Shown one piece after another: positions 36,752 through 46,367 of a stretch of DNA of 64,000 bases (position 1 is its first letter; each line of letters begins with the position of its first letter). Made by a program: the position numbers and the translations under genes. The notes beneath the pieces are model-generated. The model had not been told where the DNA came from. It ran no database searches and worked only from the letters and a program-made list of their open reading frames with translations. The DNA comes from Pseudomonadota bacterium (GTDB taxonomy: Bacteria; Pseudomonadota; Alphaproteobacteria; Caulobacterales; Hyphomonadaceae), in assembly GCA_039033355.1 (NCBI GenBank), contig JBCCCT010000001.1:5893-69892 (forward strand). The letters are read 5' to 3'.

Positions 36752-38503
36752 TTAGCTGAGCTCTTGCTTCAGATGATCAGCCAAACGAATGGCGACAGAC
36801 GTGATCATCAAAGTCGGGTTTGCATGTCCACATGTCGGCAGAACCGAGCCGCCAGCAACATAGACGCCCTGACAATGCCGGACCTTGCAATTCTCATCGA
36901 CAACGCCGGTCGTTTCGTCCGTGGACATCCGCGTCGTGCCTGAAGTATGCGCCGTGTCGATGATTGGCACGGCACTCAGATCACCCGCAGTGATCCAATC
37001 TTCAAGGAGAGGTTCCGGCAGGCCGGCCTTGATGAATTGCTCGCGGATCAGCTCACCCATCCGCATCAGCGTACGCAAGGGCCGCTCGCCTGGTTCCCAG
37101 GTAACTTGCGGTAAAAACTCGCCAAGCGAATTTTTCTGATCGCTCAATTGGATGCGATTATGAGCCAGCGGTTCCTGTTCAACAATCGCGTCAAACCCGC
37201 AGCTGATCAATTTGTGGGGTACGCCCTGGGTCTGATATTCCTCGACTACGAAATTCGGCATCATGCGCACCATGACATTGACAATGGCATTGCGCAGACC
37301 GCGTGGCACGCGGTCGCTTTGGAGGAAGAGGCGGCCGGCGCCGGTAAACATCATGCCTGGCGCTTTCAGGATTGAGAGCACATCGCGAATAACCGACTCA
37401 CTCTGTCCGCGCAGCAATCCCGCCAGCGCGCCCCAGGGATCATCTTCGGAGCGATCGGCGACGCAATAGGCGCCGCAATTGTTTAAGCCTTCTTCCGCCT
37501 GAATAGGCATATTCAATCCCAGACCATGCATATACATGTCGACGCGATTGTTTGACTGCAGCCCAAAGAAACCAAATTGATAAGTGATCTGTTTGATATA
37601 TTTCGGATCAAACTTTACGACCGGCGCGTTCATATGGTCCATCAGATAACGGCCGACCTGATCGCGATCATTGCCCAGCCCATTCGGATTTTTGGTTGTC
37701 GATGCCAGCAAGAGCCGCGCATTTTCCAGAGCTCCGCAAGAAATGACGACTTTCTTGGCGCGGACTTTTGCAGACCCGCCACCAAGACCGATAAAGTCCG
37801 CCTCGACCATCTCGGTGCTCGCGTCTTCGATCGGCGTGACACATTTCGCAGTGGCGTTGACCAACACGCGAATATTATCTTCCTTCTCCATCATGAAGTC
37901 AGGGCCCATGCGCATCATGCTGACTGGATTGTTTCGCGAACGCGCGAATTGCCAAAGGAATGACGAGAAGACGTCGGGATCAAGATTTGGCTTGGTCGCC
38001 TTGCCAGTGTAGCGATCCCAGAAATCGTCGCCGTAAGAACCCTCGCCCAGATTCAGTCGTTTCTCGGCGCGGCGGATAAAGGGCTCAAGATCATTCTCGT
38101 CGAACGGCCAACCCGATTCCGGTAACCAGTCGCGCTTGGCAAAGTCATGCGGTGAGAAGGGCGCAGACTTCCCGGCCCAGGCCGCAGTCGACCCGCCCAG
38201 GCCACGACAGCGCACGCCGAAGCGCTGAACATCGGCCGACCATTTCTCAGCCTGGTGTCCGTGATATTCGCGGCGTCGTGAAATCCATGTTTCCGGGACG
38301 GTGTCACTTTCGAGGATGACTTCGTTCAGTCTCTCGTGTTCGTCCGTCTGTTCCGTATCGCCGCTTTCCGCGATCAGGACTTTCACCGAGGTGCCAAAAA
38401 ACTCTCGTGCAATGGTCAGGCCGGCAGCGCCGCCACCAATGATCAGCAAATCAGTTTCGAAGATCTCGCCTTCGGGAAACGAATTGAGGTTCTTAATGTC
38501 CAT
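36752..38503 (-). CDS. GMC-family FAD-dependent oxidoreductase
   Basis: FAD-binding motif DLLIIGGGAAGLT at the N-terminus. The C-terminal GMC signature is HTSGTTRMS...VVDENCKVRHCQGVYVAGGSVLPTCGHANPTLMI. No signal peptide. Confidence 0.85.
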   Translation of the reverse strand: MDIKNLNSFPEGEIFETDLLIIGGGAAGLTIAREFFGTSVKVLIAESGDTEQTDEHERLNEVILESDTVPETWISRRREYHGHQAEKWSADVQRFGVRCRGLGGSTAAWAGKSAPFSPHDFAKRDWLPESGWPFDENDLEPFIRRAEKRLNLGEGSYGDDFWDRYTGKATKPNLDPDVFSSFLWQFARSRNNPVSMMRMGPDFMMEKEDNIRVLVNATAKCVTPIEDASTEMVEADFIGLGGGSAKVRAKKVVISCGALENARLLLASTTKNPNGLGNDRDQVGRYLMDHMNAPVVKFDPKYIKQITYQFGFFGLQSNNRVDMYMHGLGLNMPIQAEEGLNNCGAYCVADRSEDDPWGALAGLLRGQSESVIRDVLSILKAPGMMFTGAGRLFLQSDRVPRGLRNAIVNVMVRMMPNFVVEEYQTQGVPHKLISCGFDAIVEQEPLAHNRIQLSDQKNSLGEFLPQVTWEPGERPLRTLMRMGELIREQFIKAGLPEPLLEDWITAGDLSAVPIIDTAHTSGTTRMSTDETTGVVDENCKVRHCQGVYVAGGSVLPTCGHANPTLMITSVAIRLADHLKQELS

Positions 38504-38577
38504 GGATCACTCGTTGTGGCGGGTTAAAGCTGTTCATCGACAATCGCCGTGCAAGCTTCTTGCCGATTATTCTGTGG

Positions 38578-39522
38578 TCAGGTCGCGGTTTCTGCGGGGG
38601 TGCTATATTTCTCAATCAATCGGTCAACAAGGGCGCGGGTTGCATGTGTTCCGGCGATTTCGTTCATTCCGGTGCCTTCGAATTCAAGTCCGAGATAACC
38701 GCGGAAATCGGACTCGATCACCTGCTTCATCATGCCTTCGAAATCGAGCGTGTTTTCATTGCCATCAGCGTCGAAGCCAAACGCTTTGACGCTGACCCCC
38801 TTGGCATAGGGCATCAATTCCTGAACGCCTTTAACGCCATCATATTTACTGCCATCCGGCAGTTTGAAATTCCCGAAATCGGGCAAGGTGCCGATATGTG
38901 GCGAGTTGGCCTTTTTCATCAGGTCCGCCAGCCAGCCACCATGTTGAGAGAAGCCGCCTTTGTTTTCGATGACCAGGTTCATGCCTTGTTGAGAGGCATA
39001 GGCTTCCAGTTGATGCAAGCCATCAAGCACCAGCTTGTGCTGTTCTTCAAATGGCAGGTCATTGTCAGTTTCAGCGATCACGCGGATGGCATGACAGCCA
39101 AGGAAGGCTGCGACATCGACCCATTTCCGATGGTTGATTGCGGTCTGCATACGGGCATCTGCGTCAGGGTCACCGATCGCGCCTTCGCCATCGACCATGA
39201 TCAAGACGCTATCGACGCCAGCGCCGTCAGCCCGTTTCTTGAGTTCGGTCCAATACGCCATGTCTTCGCCGAGCCCGCGATAAAAGGTGCTGACATATTC
39301 TACTGCACCTATATCGAATGTCTCGCGGACGAATTCCGGGAAGTGTAGCGGATTGAGCGGCACCTGAAAGAAGTCCGAGAACCGCTCGGTCAACGCAAAA
39401 TGCAGGCGCTTGGCGTGACGGCGAAAGATCGAACCGCCACTGCCAATCTTCCGATGCAAGGCATATTGCGCGAAAGAGTATTTGAACCGGGGCTCTGAGC
39501 TATTGGCTAAAGGCGAACTCAT
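38578..39522 (-). CDS. Xylose-isomerase-like TIM-barrel protein (sugar phosphate isomerase/epimerase family), cytoplasmic paralog
   Basis: It is clearly paralogous to 41425..42387 (shared blocks DIGAVEYV, GDPD, IENxGG, GTLPDFGNF, ELMPYAxGVSxKxFGFD). The preferred start, ATG at 39522, lies 13 nt after the wzx stop. No signal peptide. Confidence 0.75.
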   Translation of the reverse strand: MSSPLANSSEPRFKYSFAQYALHRKIGSGGSIFRRHAKRLHFALTERFSDFFQVPLNPLHFPEFVRETFDIGAVEYVSTFYRGLGEDMAYWTELKKRADGAGVDSVLIMVDGEGAIGDPDADARMQTAINHRKWVDVAAFLGCHAIRVIAETDNDLPFEEQHKLVLDGLHQLEAYASQQGMNLVIENKGGFSQHGGWLADLMKKANSPHIGTLPDFGNFKLPDGSKYDGVKGVQELMPYAKGVSVKAFGFDADGNENTLDFEGMMKQVIESDFRGYLGLEFEGTGMNEIAGTHATRALVDRLIEKYSTPAETAT

Positions 39523-39535
39523 CTTGGCAGAATCC

Positions 39536-41053
39536 TCAATCTTGGCTTTCGACGGACGGGGCGGGTGGGGTCGCAACAGGTTTGCCGCGTTTCAGAATTT
39601 TCCGCAGCAGCCCCGCAATCGCAGACTCAATGCCTTCTGGCTCACCGCTCAGCTTCCACAATGTGGCAACCGTCGCGCAATAAGCGATCATGCCGGCGCT
39701 GCCCAGCATGGCTGAGGTCCAGACGATCGAGAGCGGCGAATCATAGCTGAGGAAGGGACGCAGCAGATAGACAATCGCGGCCAGAACCGCCATGCCGGCA
39801 AAGGGGCGCAACATGGAAAAGGCTTGATCTCTCAGCCGCAAGCCGATCAGGTGGCGGACAATGAAAGCACCGGCAATGGTCCACGCCGTGACCCCGATCA
39901 GCAGTCCGACCAGAAATCCATTCACGCCAGCCAGGTGCCAGCCAATGAACAGACACGGCACTTTCACGACCAGACCGCTCGCGGCTTGCAGTGCATTGTA
40001 TCGGGCTTTGTCCAGTGCCAGGACGACACTCGGCACGGGCTGGGATGGCAGCTGGATGATGGCGGACAGGGACAGAACCGCCAGGAACAAAGAGGCTCCT
40101 GACCAGCTGTCATTAAAGGCGAGGGTGACAATTGGCTCCGCCAATGACGCCACCAAAGCCAGCACCGGGGCGACGGCGACAACGACCGCCGTCGATGCGG
40201 TCAAGTATCCAGGCCGGATCGCTTCCGGGGTCCGTAATTCAGCAAAGGCGGCAATAAAGGGTCGGATGATCGGAATAACCAGAACCTGAAACGGCGCGCC
40301 CGCCAGCGTTTGGGATATCGAGTATTGCCCAACCATATCTTTGCGGGCGTTCAGACCCAGAACAAAGATGTCGGCCTGCCAATTTGCTGCGACAAAGAAT
40401 TGCGACACCGTGGTCCAGCTAATCATGTCGGAAAAGACCGGCCAGTCTTTTAGCGACAAGCGGGGGCGATAAGGTGCAAAGATGTAAGATCCGATAATCA
40501 TCGAAACCGGGGTCAGAACGGTCATGATGGCCAGGGACCAATAGCTTTTTGTCCACAGCGCCAGCGGGATAGCGATACAGGCCGTGACGATCTTGGCCAG
40601 CGTGTCGATGATGGCTTCCGGGAAGTAGTTCAGGCGGCGCGCATACATGACCAGTTTCGGATTGACCAGACCACGCAAGGCCGGCGACATGGCCAGGAAG
40701 ACCATCAGCAGGCCGAGTCGCGGCTCGTCATAAATATGCATCGCGACAGGAGCCATCGCAATCACGAGACCGGTGACAAGCAGTGCCCGAATAGCGGATA
40801 TCGTAAACGCCGTATCGAGCATGGAATCCGTGACGGTCGGCGTTCGGATCAAGGCTTGAATGACCGGGATCTCGGTGACGGATTCGGTGAACTGGATAAA
40901 GATCATCGCGATCGCGACCAGGGCGAAATCCTCTGGCACCAGAATCCAGGCCAGAATCAGGATCAGAGCCAGGTCAACGAATTTGACAAATATCCGCGCA
41001 CCAAGAAGCGCAGCGCTGGCAAATGCCGTCCGCTTTGTCACATCTTGAGCCAT
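39536..41053 (-). CDS. Wzx-type oligosaccharide flippase (MOP superfamily polysaccharide biosynthesis protein)
   Basis: 505 aa with about 12-14 TM helices and a typical Wzx-like N-terminus (AFASAALLGARIFVKFVDLALILILAWIL). Confidence 0.8.
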   Translation of the reverse strand: MAQDVTKRTAFASAALLGARIFVKFVDLALILILAWILVPEDFALVAIAMIFIQFTESVTEIPVIQALIRTPTVTDSMLDTAFTISAIRALLVTGLVIAMAPVAMHIYDEPRLGLLMVFLAMSPALRGLVNPKLVMYARRLNYFPEAIIDTLAKIVTACIAIPLALWTKSYWSLAIMTVLTPVSMIIGSYIFAPYRPRLSLKDWPVFSDMISWTTVSQFFVAANWQADIFVLGLNARKDMVGQYSISQTLAGAPFQVLVIPIIRPFIAAFAELRTPEAIRPGYLTASTAVVVAVAPVLALVASLAEPIVTLAFNDSWSGASLFLAVLSLSAIIQLPSQPVPSVVLALDKARYNALQAASGLVVKVPCLFIGWHLAGVNGFLVGLLIGVTAWTIAGAFIVRHLIGLRLRDQAFSMLRPFAGMAVLAAIVYLLRPFLSYDSPLSIVWTSAMLGSAGMIAYCATVATLWKLSGEPEGIESAIAGLLRKILKRGKPVATPPAPSVESQD

Positions 41054-41424
41054 TCTACGTCATCCCCTCGCCAAACGCGTTGCGAGCTATACTGTCCCCA
41101 AAATGGCGTTGCGCCGACACCCGGTTTGAACCCGCGTGCGCGCGCCACGACGCCAGACATTTCCCTAGCATCGAAGCTGCGGCGATCAACGGGGGAAACG
41201 CTGCCTGAGGCGTTACGTCTCTGTTTGTGTCTGTTTGGTACGCAGTTTCGGTCTTGCTGCCCGCGATCGAAGACATGCCTGCCGCGAATGTTGGGCATGG
41301 TGCAGGCAGGATCGACAAAAAGGCGGACATGTTTGGAAGGCTCCGAAACGCGATGCGTGGACAGGGATGCATGAAATGTGCGAGATTAACTGCAAGAGAC
41401 TTGCCAATTTGACGGGGACTAAAA

Positions 41425-42387
41425 GTGGTTAATTCAACGCGTCGACAAGCCCTGCTCTGGGGCGGAGCTATGATCGGAACTATGGCCGTGTCAGGCTGTG
41501 CGGATGCGCAAGCCCCGGACCCGGTTTCTGAGCCAAATGCAGACCCGGAATTATTCAAGATTTCGCTGGCGCAATGGTCACTTCATCGCGCGCTTTATGC
41601 CGACAGGAATGATCCAAATCATTTGCCGCCCCTGATGTTCCCGGTGAAAGCGCGGCGGGATTTCGATATCGGGGCCGTCGAATATGTGAACTCATTCTAT
41701 CGCGATACCGTGCGCAATGAATCCTTCCTCAACCAGCTCAAGAATGTCGCCGATAATGAAGGGGTGAAAAGCCAGCTCATCATGTGCGATGGCGAAGGCC
41801 GGCTTGGGGATCCTGATCCGCAGGCGCGCACTCAGTCGATCGAGAATCACTACAAGTGGGCCGACATGGCGGCGCATCTGGGCTGTAAGTCCATTCGCGT
41901 GAATGCGTTCAGCGCGGGCAGTTTCGAAGACCAGCAATTCTATGCCGCGGACGGCCTGGTGCGCCTGTCCGAATATACCCGACAGTATGATATTTCAGTG
42001 ATTGTCGAGAATCATGGCGGCTGGTCCAGCCACGGCGCCTGGCTGGCTGGTGTCATGAAGTTTGCCGATAGCAAATGGGTCGGCACCTTGCCGGATTTTG
42101 GCAATTTCACCTATGGTGACGGCGCAAAATATGATCCTTATCAGGGCGTTGAAGAGTTAATGCCGTATGCGCATGGCGTCAGCGCCAAGAGTTTCGGATT
42201 CGATCGCAATGGTGATGAAAGCCGTTTCGATTATGAGCGTATGCTCCGCATCGTTCTCGACGCCGGCTTCCGGGGCTTTATTGGCGTTGAATATGAAGGC
42301 AATCAGGTCAGCGAACCCGAAGGCATTCGAAAGACCAAGGCACTGCTTGAGCGGTTGCGCACACAGCTCGCGCCCGAATATGCCTAG
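41425..42387 (+). CDS. Xylose-isomerase-like TIM-barrel protein, Tat-exported lipoprotein paralog
   Basis: GTG start. It carries the twin-arginine motif STRRQALLWG followed by the lipobox AVSGC. The remainder is paralogous to 38578..39522. Confidence 0.75.
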   Translation: MVNSTRRQALLWGGAMIGTMAVSGCADAQAPDPVSEPNADPELFKISLAQWSLHRALYADRNDPNHLPPLMFPVKARRDFDIGAVEYVNSFYRDTVRNESFLNQLKNVADNEGVKSQLIMCDGEGRLGDPDPQARTQSIENHYKWADMAAHLGCKSIRVNAFSAGSFEDQQFYAADGLVRLSEYTRQYDISVIVENHGGWSSHGAWLAGVMKFADSKWVGTLPDFGNFTYGDGAKYDPYQGVEELMPYAHGVSAKSFGFDRNGDESRFDYERMLRIVLDAGFRGFIGVEYEGNQVSEPEGIRKTKALLERLRTQLAPEYA

Positions 42388-42388
42388 A

Positions 42389-43534
42389 TCATTCGTCTGA
42401 AGCGTCCAAACCCAGCAGTTCGCGACTGATCTCGACATGTTGTTCGATGAATCGATCGGCATTCAATTCGCCATTACGAATCGGAATCTGTGCCCGTTTG
42501 GCACGCTCCATAGCGTTCTGAGGATCTGATAATAGGTCAATTGCGGCCGCCCGTAGAGCTTCTGGATCCTGTGACGGAACAAACGTCACCGCATCTTTCG
42601 CATAATAGGCATCGAGCCCCCCTGCATCGCTGACAATGAGCGGCACACCATGGATGATCGCTTCCTGAGAAACTGTCGCGCCGCTGGCGTGCAGATTCGG
42701 GATAAGCGGTACCACCATGATCGATGCGGCAGCGATTTCCTGTTTCAGCTCCTGATCCGTCTTCAATCCCCGTATTTCAACATTCGTGGCCCCTTTTGCG
42801 AATTTCGCTTTCAGCTTTGTTGAAAAGATTTTCAGCTCAATCCCGGGCTGATTGGCGAAAGCGTCGATTGCGGTTTGCCAATCGCGATGACGGTCATTGC
42901 CGATACAGACAATGCGATGCGGTGTGTTTTTTCGCAAAACCGGGGCTTCCATCCCCTCATGCGGTATTCCAAATCGCACCAGATCCACGCGCTTGTTCGG
43001 AAAGAGGTTTCGGGCAATCTCCAGATTGAGCGGCGAATGCACCGTTAGGACATCGACATATTTGACCAGATACCGGTATAGGGCTCGCCGCAGCGGATCG
43101 ACGCCAGGCCATTTATCGTACAGCCAGACGCTTTGCCCCAATAGTTTTGGACGAGGTTTCTTCTTGCCGCGCAAGGCCATGATCATAGCCATGGCGAGAA
43201 ATTGCGACTCCGTGTGGGTCCAGACGATGTCGGCGGCCATGGCCTTTTCAGCATTATTTCGGGCATGAATATAATCGAAGCCAAAGATGACCCTAAAGGC
43301 GCCGCGGAACAGATTGAGGATGGGCGCATTCTTGATTTTCAGAGAAAAATCGACATCACACCCCATGTCCCGGGCCCGGTGATAGCCGTAGGGCGTGGGA
43401 TCACATATCCCGACAAGACTGCCTTCTGACCACATCTTCTCCCAGGCGATCACATCCTGCCCATGCGCCAGGTGAACAAAGACCTTGATCCGGTCTTCAG
43501 ACGGCTCTTTCGCGGCTGGTTCAGTTTGTGTCAT
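42389..43534 (-). CDS. GT4/GT1-type glycosyltransferase
   Basis: GT-B C-terminal region (PNLHASGATVSQEAIIHGVPLIVSDAGG). The preferred start is ATG at 43534, which overlaps the TAA of the upstream acyltransferase by 1 nt. The track ORF extends to 43675. Confidence 0.8.
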   Translation of the reverse strand: MTQTEPAAKEPSEDRIKVFVHLAHGQDVIAWEKMWSEGSLVGICDPTPYGYHRARDMGCDVDFSLKIKNAPILNLFRGAFRVIFGFDYIHARNNAEKAMAADIVWTHTESQFLAMAMIMALRGKKKPRPKLLGQSVWLYDKWPGVDPLRRALYRYLVKYVDVLTVHSPLNLEIARNLFPNKRVDLVRFGIPHEGMEAPVLRKNTPHRIVCIGNDRHRDWQTAIDAFANQPGIELKIFSTKLKAKFAKGATNVEIRGLKTDQELKQEIAAASIMVVPLIPNLHASGATVSQEAIIHGVPLIVSDAGGLDAYYAKDAVTFVPSQDPEALRAAAIDLLSDPQNAMERAKRAQIPIRNGELNADRFIEQHVEISRELLGLDASDE

Positions 43535-44655
43535 TAACTCGAGTGTCCCGTGGCGGCGCATTTTAGCTTGGTTCGCCTTGAGTTTAGCAAACGCCGGACC
43601 GGTCGGTCGAACGCAATCAGCGCGATCCAGGAGCCGGCGACGACAACCGCAAGATGAAGCGCAATCAGCATCCATACAGGCAAAGCCAGATCAAGGAACT
43701 GCGTTATGCCATTGGACCATGCAAATAGTGGAAAGTGCATCACATAGAGCGGATAGGAGAGTTCACCGCCAACCCGTGACAGATTGAAGGCCTGTCCTGT
43801 TAGTTTGATATCCGCCGCACAAAGGATGAGAAGCGGCGCCCACGCGAAAACAAAGATCGCATCACAGATCACAGACAAGTTTGCATTGTCGCCACGCGGA
43901 ATCAGCAATGGGATGATCAAACCGAGGGCCACCACCCAGAACGGTAGACGCCGCGGAAATGCAGCGTGTTTGTGCACTGCATAGACGATTAAACCCGCAG
44001 CGAACGAGATCCCGACGCGTGGAATGCCCCAAAAGAAATCCAAAGTCCGATCACCCAGCAAGAGATCGCCATATGCGAATCCGGCACTCAGGAGTGTGAC
44101 TGCACAAAGGATGGCAATCCCGACGGTGCGTCGGAACGTGAGAAGGGCAAATGCAGCGGCCCAAGCAAAATTGATCAAAAGCTCATAGAACAGGGACCAT
44201 AATGGTCCATTGATCGGGAACACTTCCAGCGGGCCGCTTAGCGCTATTGTCTCACCTAGATAGGGCAAGACGAACAGCCCAAGTGCGCTGGCAATCAGGA
44301 CCTCGGACAGCATGACATCGTCATTACCGAGTAGAAACTTACTGAGGAAATAGCTCGCCGCGACAATGACCGACAAAGCCATCAGCGGATAGAGCCGGAT
44401 CATCCGCGTGAGGGCGAAGTCTCCGAGTTGCAGATCGCGCCCGATGCGGTCTCCATAGGCGTGCGCCATCACAAAACCGCTCAGGCAGAAAAAGAAATCA
44501 ACCGCCAGATCCCCGCGCGGGACGAATACATAAGTGTCAGTCCAGTTACTCAGATGAAAAAAGACCACAGCGAAGGCGGCAAGCCCGCGCAAGGCGTCGA
44601 GGGCGGCATAGAAGGTCTTTGTCCGACCCGGATTGGGCTGTACTCTTTCCGACAT
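43534..44655 (-). CDS. Acyltransferase family 3 (membrane O-acyltransferase, OafA/YrhL-like)
   Basis: LDALRGLAAFAVVFFH near the N-terminus and about 10 TM helices. The preferred start is ATG at 44655; the track ORF starts at 44757. Confidence 0.8.
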   Translation of the reverse strand: MSERVQPNPGRTKTFYAALDALRGLAAFAVVFFHLSNWTDTYVFVPRGDLAVDFFFCLSGFVMAHAYGDRIGRDLQLGDFALTRMIRLYPLMALSVIVAASYFLSKFLLGNDDVMLSEVLIASALGLFVLPYLGETIALSGPLEVFPINGPLWSLFYELLINFAWAAAFALLTFRRTVGIAILCAVTLLSAGFAYGDLLLGDRTLDFFWGIPRVGISFAAGLIVYAVHKHAAFPRRLPFWVVALGLIIPLLIPRGDNANLSVICDAIFVFAWAPLLILCAADIKLTGQAFNLSRVGGELSYPLYVMHFPLFAWSNGITQFLDLALPVWMLIALHLAVVVAGSWIALIAFDRPVRRLLNSRRTKLKCAATGHSS

Positions 44656-44891
44656 CACCCCTTGTCCCAGCCTGACTTGATGGACCGAGACCCTAGCACA
44701 CGGGACCGAGACACGTGTGAAGAACCGCATTTCATTGTTGCGCGCGCACAAGGTCACGCATTCCGTACGCTGTTTTACTCACAGTTGCTTGAAATTAAAG
44801 CATGTTTATCACCTTCCATCGTGCAATTCACTTGCACGAGAGCGGGAGTCAATCGAGACTGTTCAGGGTCGGTCTGAGACGAGGAGATCAA

Positions 44892-45239
44892 ATGGACAAG
44901 GATGCGATTGAAGCCCTCGACGATTTTCTCGAGGTGCTCCGCCGAGAATTTCGAGAGAATCCGGAATTTGCCCTTCGCGCCGTAAAAGCGCTGGGAGGGA
45001 GCGTGGAATTCAGAGGGGAAAATACAGCGAACCTGGTCAATCCGCTCGAACTGGTCGCCGCCAATGGAATTGACGGGGCCAGTCAGTCGCTGGCATCTTT
45101 CTCGGCCACAGAATTGAAAAAGATCGCAAAAAATCACGGCCTGGCGACCCCGATTGATGTTAAGGGCAAGACGGCGACAGAGCTATCTGATCTGATTGTT
45201 CAGAGGGCCGCTCGCAAAATTGCCGAGCGTCAATCCTGA
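44892..45239 (+). CDS. Small hypothetical protein
   Basis: ATG at 44892 is preceded by AGGAG with 5-nt spacing. 115 aa and soluble, with a helix-hairpin-like segment (SATELKKIAKNHGLA). No family was recognised. Confidence 0.45.
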   Translation: MDKDAIEALDDFLEVLRREFRENPEFALRAVKALGGSVEFRGENTANLVNPLELVAANGIDGASQSLASFSATELKKIAKNHGLATPIDVKGKTATELSDLIVQRAARKIAERQS

Positions 45240-45352
45240 TCTCGCATCAGCGTACACAAGTGAATGCGCATGTTCGCGCATAGACAAGATTTGTTCTGCG
45301 TGGTGAAAGCGGTCTAATTCAAAGTCTGGCGATCGATTCGGAGCATTCGAAC

Positions 45353-46360
45353 ATGGCAAAAGGTTTGGTGACGCTGTTTGGCGGGTCTGGGTTTATCGGG
45401 CGATATGCCGCGCGAACCCTCGTCAAGGCAGGCTATCGCGTTCGCATTGCGGTGCGCCGCCCGCATCTGGCGGGTGACGTGCGTCTGGCGGGCGCCCCTG
45501 GTTGGGTCGATATTGTTCAGGCCAATGTTCGCGATGAACAGTCAGTGGCAAGAGCGATTGACGGCGCCACAGCCGTCGTCAATCTGGTCGGCATCCTGTA
45601 CGAAAAAGGCAAACAGACCTTCGAGGCTGCTCAGCGCGATGGCGCGATCAATGTCGCCAAAGCGTGCGCCGATGCTGGCATCGACCGTCTGGTGCATGTC
45701 TCCGCGATCGGTGCTTCCGGAGAGGCAAAGGCCGACTATGCAGAAACCAAGGGCGACGCCGAACAAGGGGTTCGTGAATGCCTGCCATCTGCCGCCATTC
45801 TGCGGCCATCTATCGTGTTTGGACCTGAGGATGAGTTCTTCAATCGGTTCGCGGCGCTGGCGTCGCATCCGCTGACCACGATCGCTCCATTCCTGCCAGC
45901 AATAGGTGGTGGTCAAACCAGAGTGCAGCCGGTCTATGCCGGTAATGTCGCGGAAGCCATTGCCGCTGCTGTTTCGCAAGACGATGCACAGGGCAAGACC
46001 TTTGAGCTTGGTGGACCGAGCACTTATTCTTTTCTCGAATTGTACGATTTCATCGGGCAGACGATTGATCGCAAACGCTATGCATTGCCGTTACCATTTG
46101 CGATCGCAAAACCGATTGGTCTGGCGATAGGAACGCTGTTTCGCTATGTTTGGCCCTTGTCCTCTGGCATTCTCGGCGCGCCGCCAATTACCGGCAATCA
46201 AGTCGAACTCTTAAAGTCAGATAATGTTGTCTCTGACGACGCGCTGACCTTGTCAGACCTGGGGGTCACCGAACTGGAATCGATCGAAGCGATTGTGCCC
46301 AGCTACCTGTATCGCTTCCGGCTTTACGGGCAGTATCATCAGCAGAACGAAGCTTCTTGA
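45353..46360 (+). CDS. NAD(P)-binding extended SDR (complex I NDUFA9-like family)
   Basis: Rossmann motif TLFGGSGFIGRY. The length (335 aa) and overall pattern match NDUFA9/NmrA-like SDRs. Confidence 0.8.
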   Translation: MAKGLVTLFGGSGFIGRYAARTLVKAGYRVRIAVRRPHLAGDVRLAGAPGWVDIVQANVRDEQSVARAIDGATAVVNLVGILYEKGKQTFEAAQRDGAINVAKACADAGIDRLVHVSAIGASGEAKADYAETKGDAEQGVRECLPSAAILRPSIVFGPEDEFFNRFAALASHPLTTIAPFLPAIGGGQTRVQPVYAGNVAEAIAAAVSQDDAQGKTFELGGPSTYSFLELYDFIGQTIDRKRYALPLPFAIAKPIGLAIGTLFRYVWPLSSGILGAPPITGNQVELLKSDNVVSDDALTLSDLGVTELESIEAIVPSYLYRFRLYGQYHQQNEAS

Positions 46361-46367
46361 TAGCGGG

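Noticed and set aside
38560-39348. 262-aa plus-strand ORF
   Set aside because: It is antisense to the TIM-barrel gene, which is validated by strong paralogy with 41425..42387.
41055-41558. 167-aa minus-strand ORF spanning the wzx / TIM-barrel divergent region
   Set aside because: It overlaps the Tat-signal-encoding 5' end of the plus-strand gene and most of the promoter region. It has no motifs or RBS, so it is probably a chance ORF.
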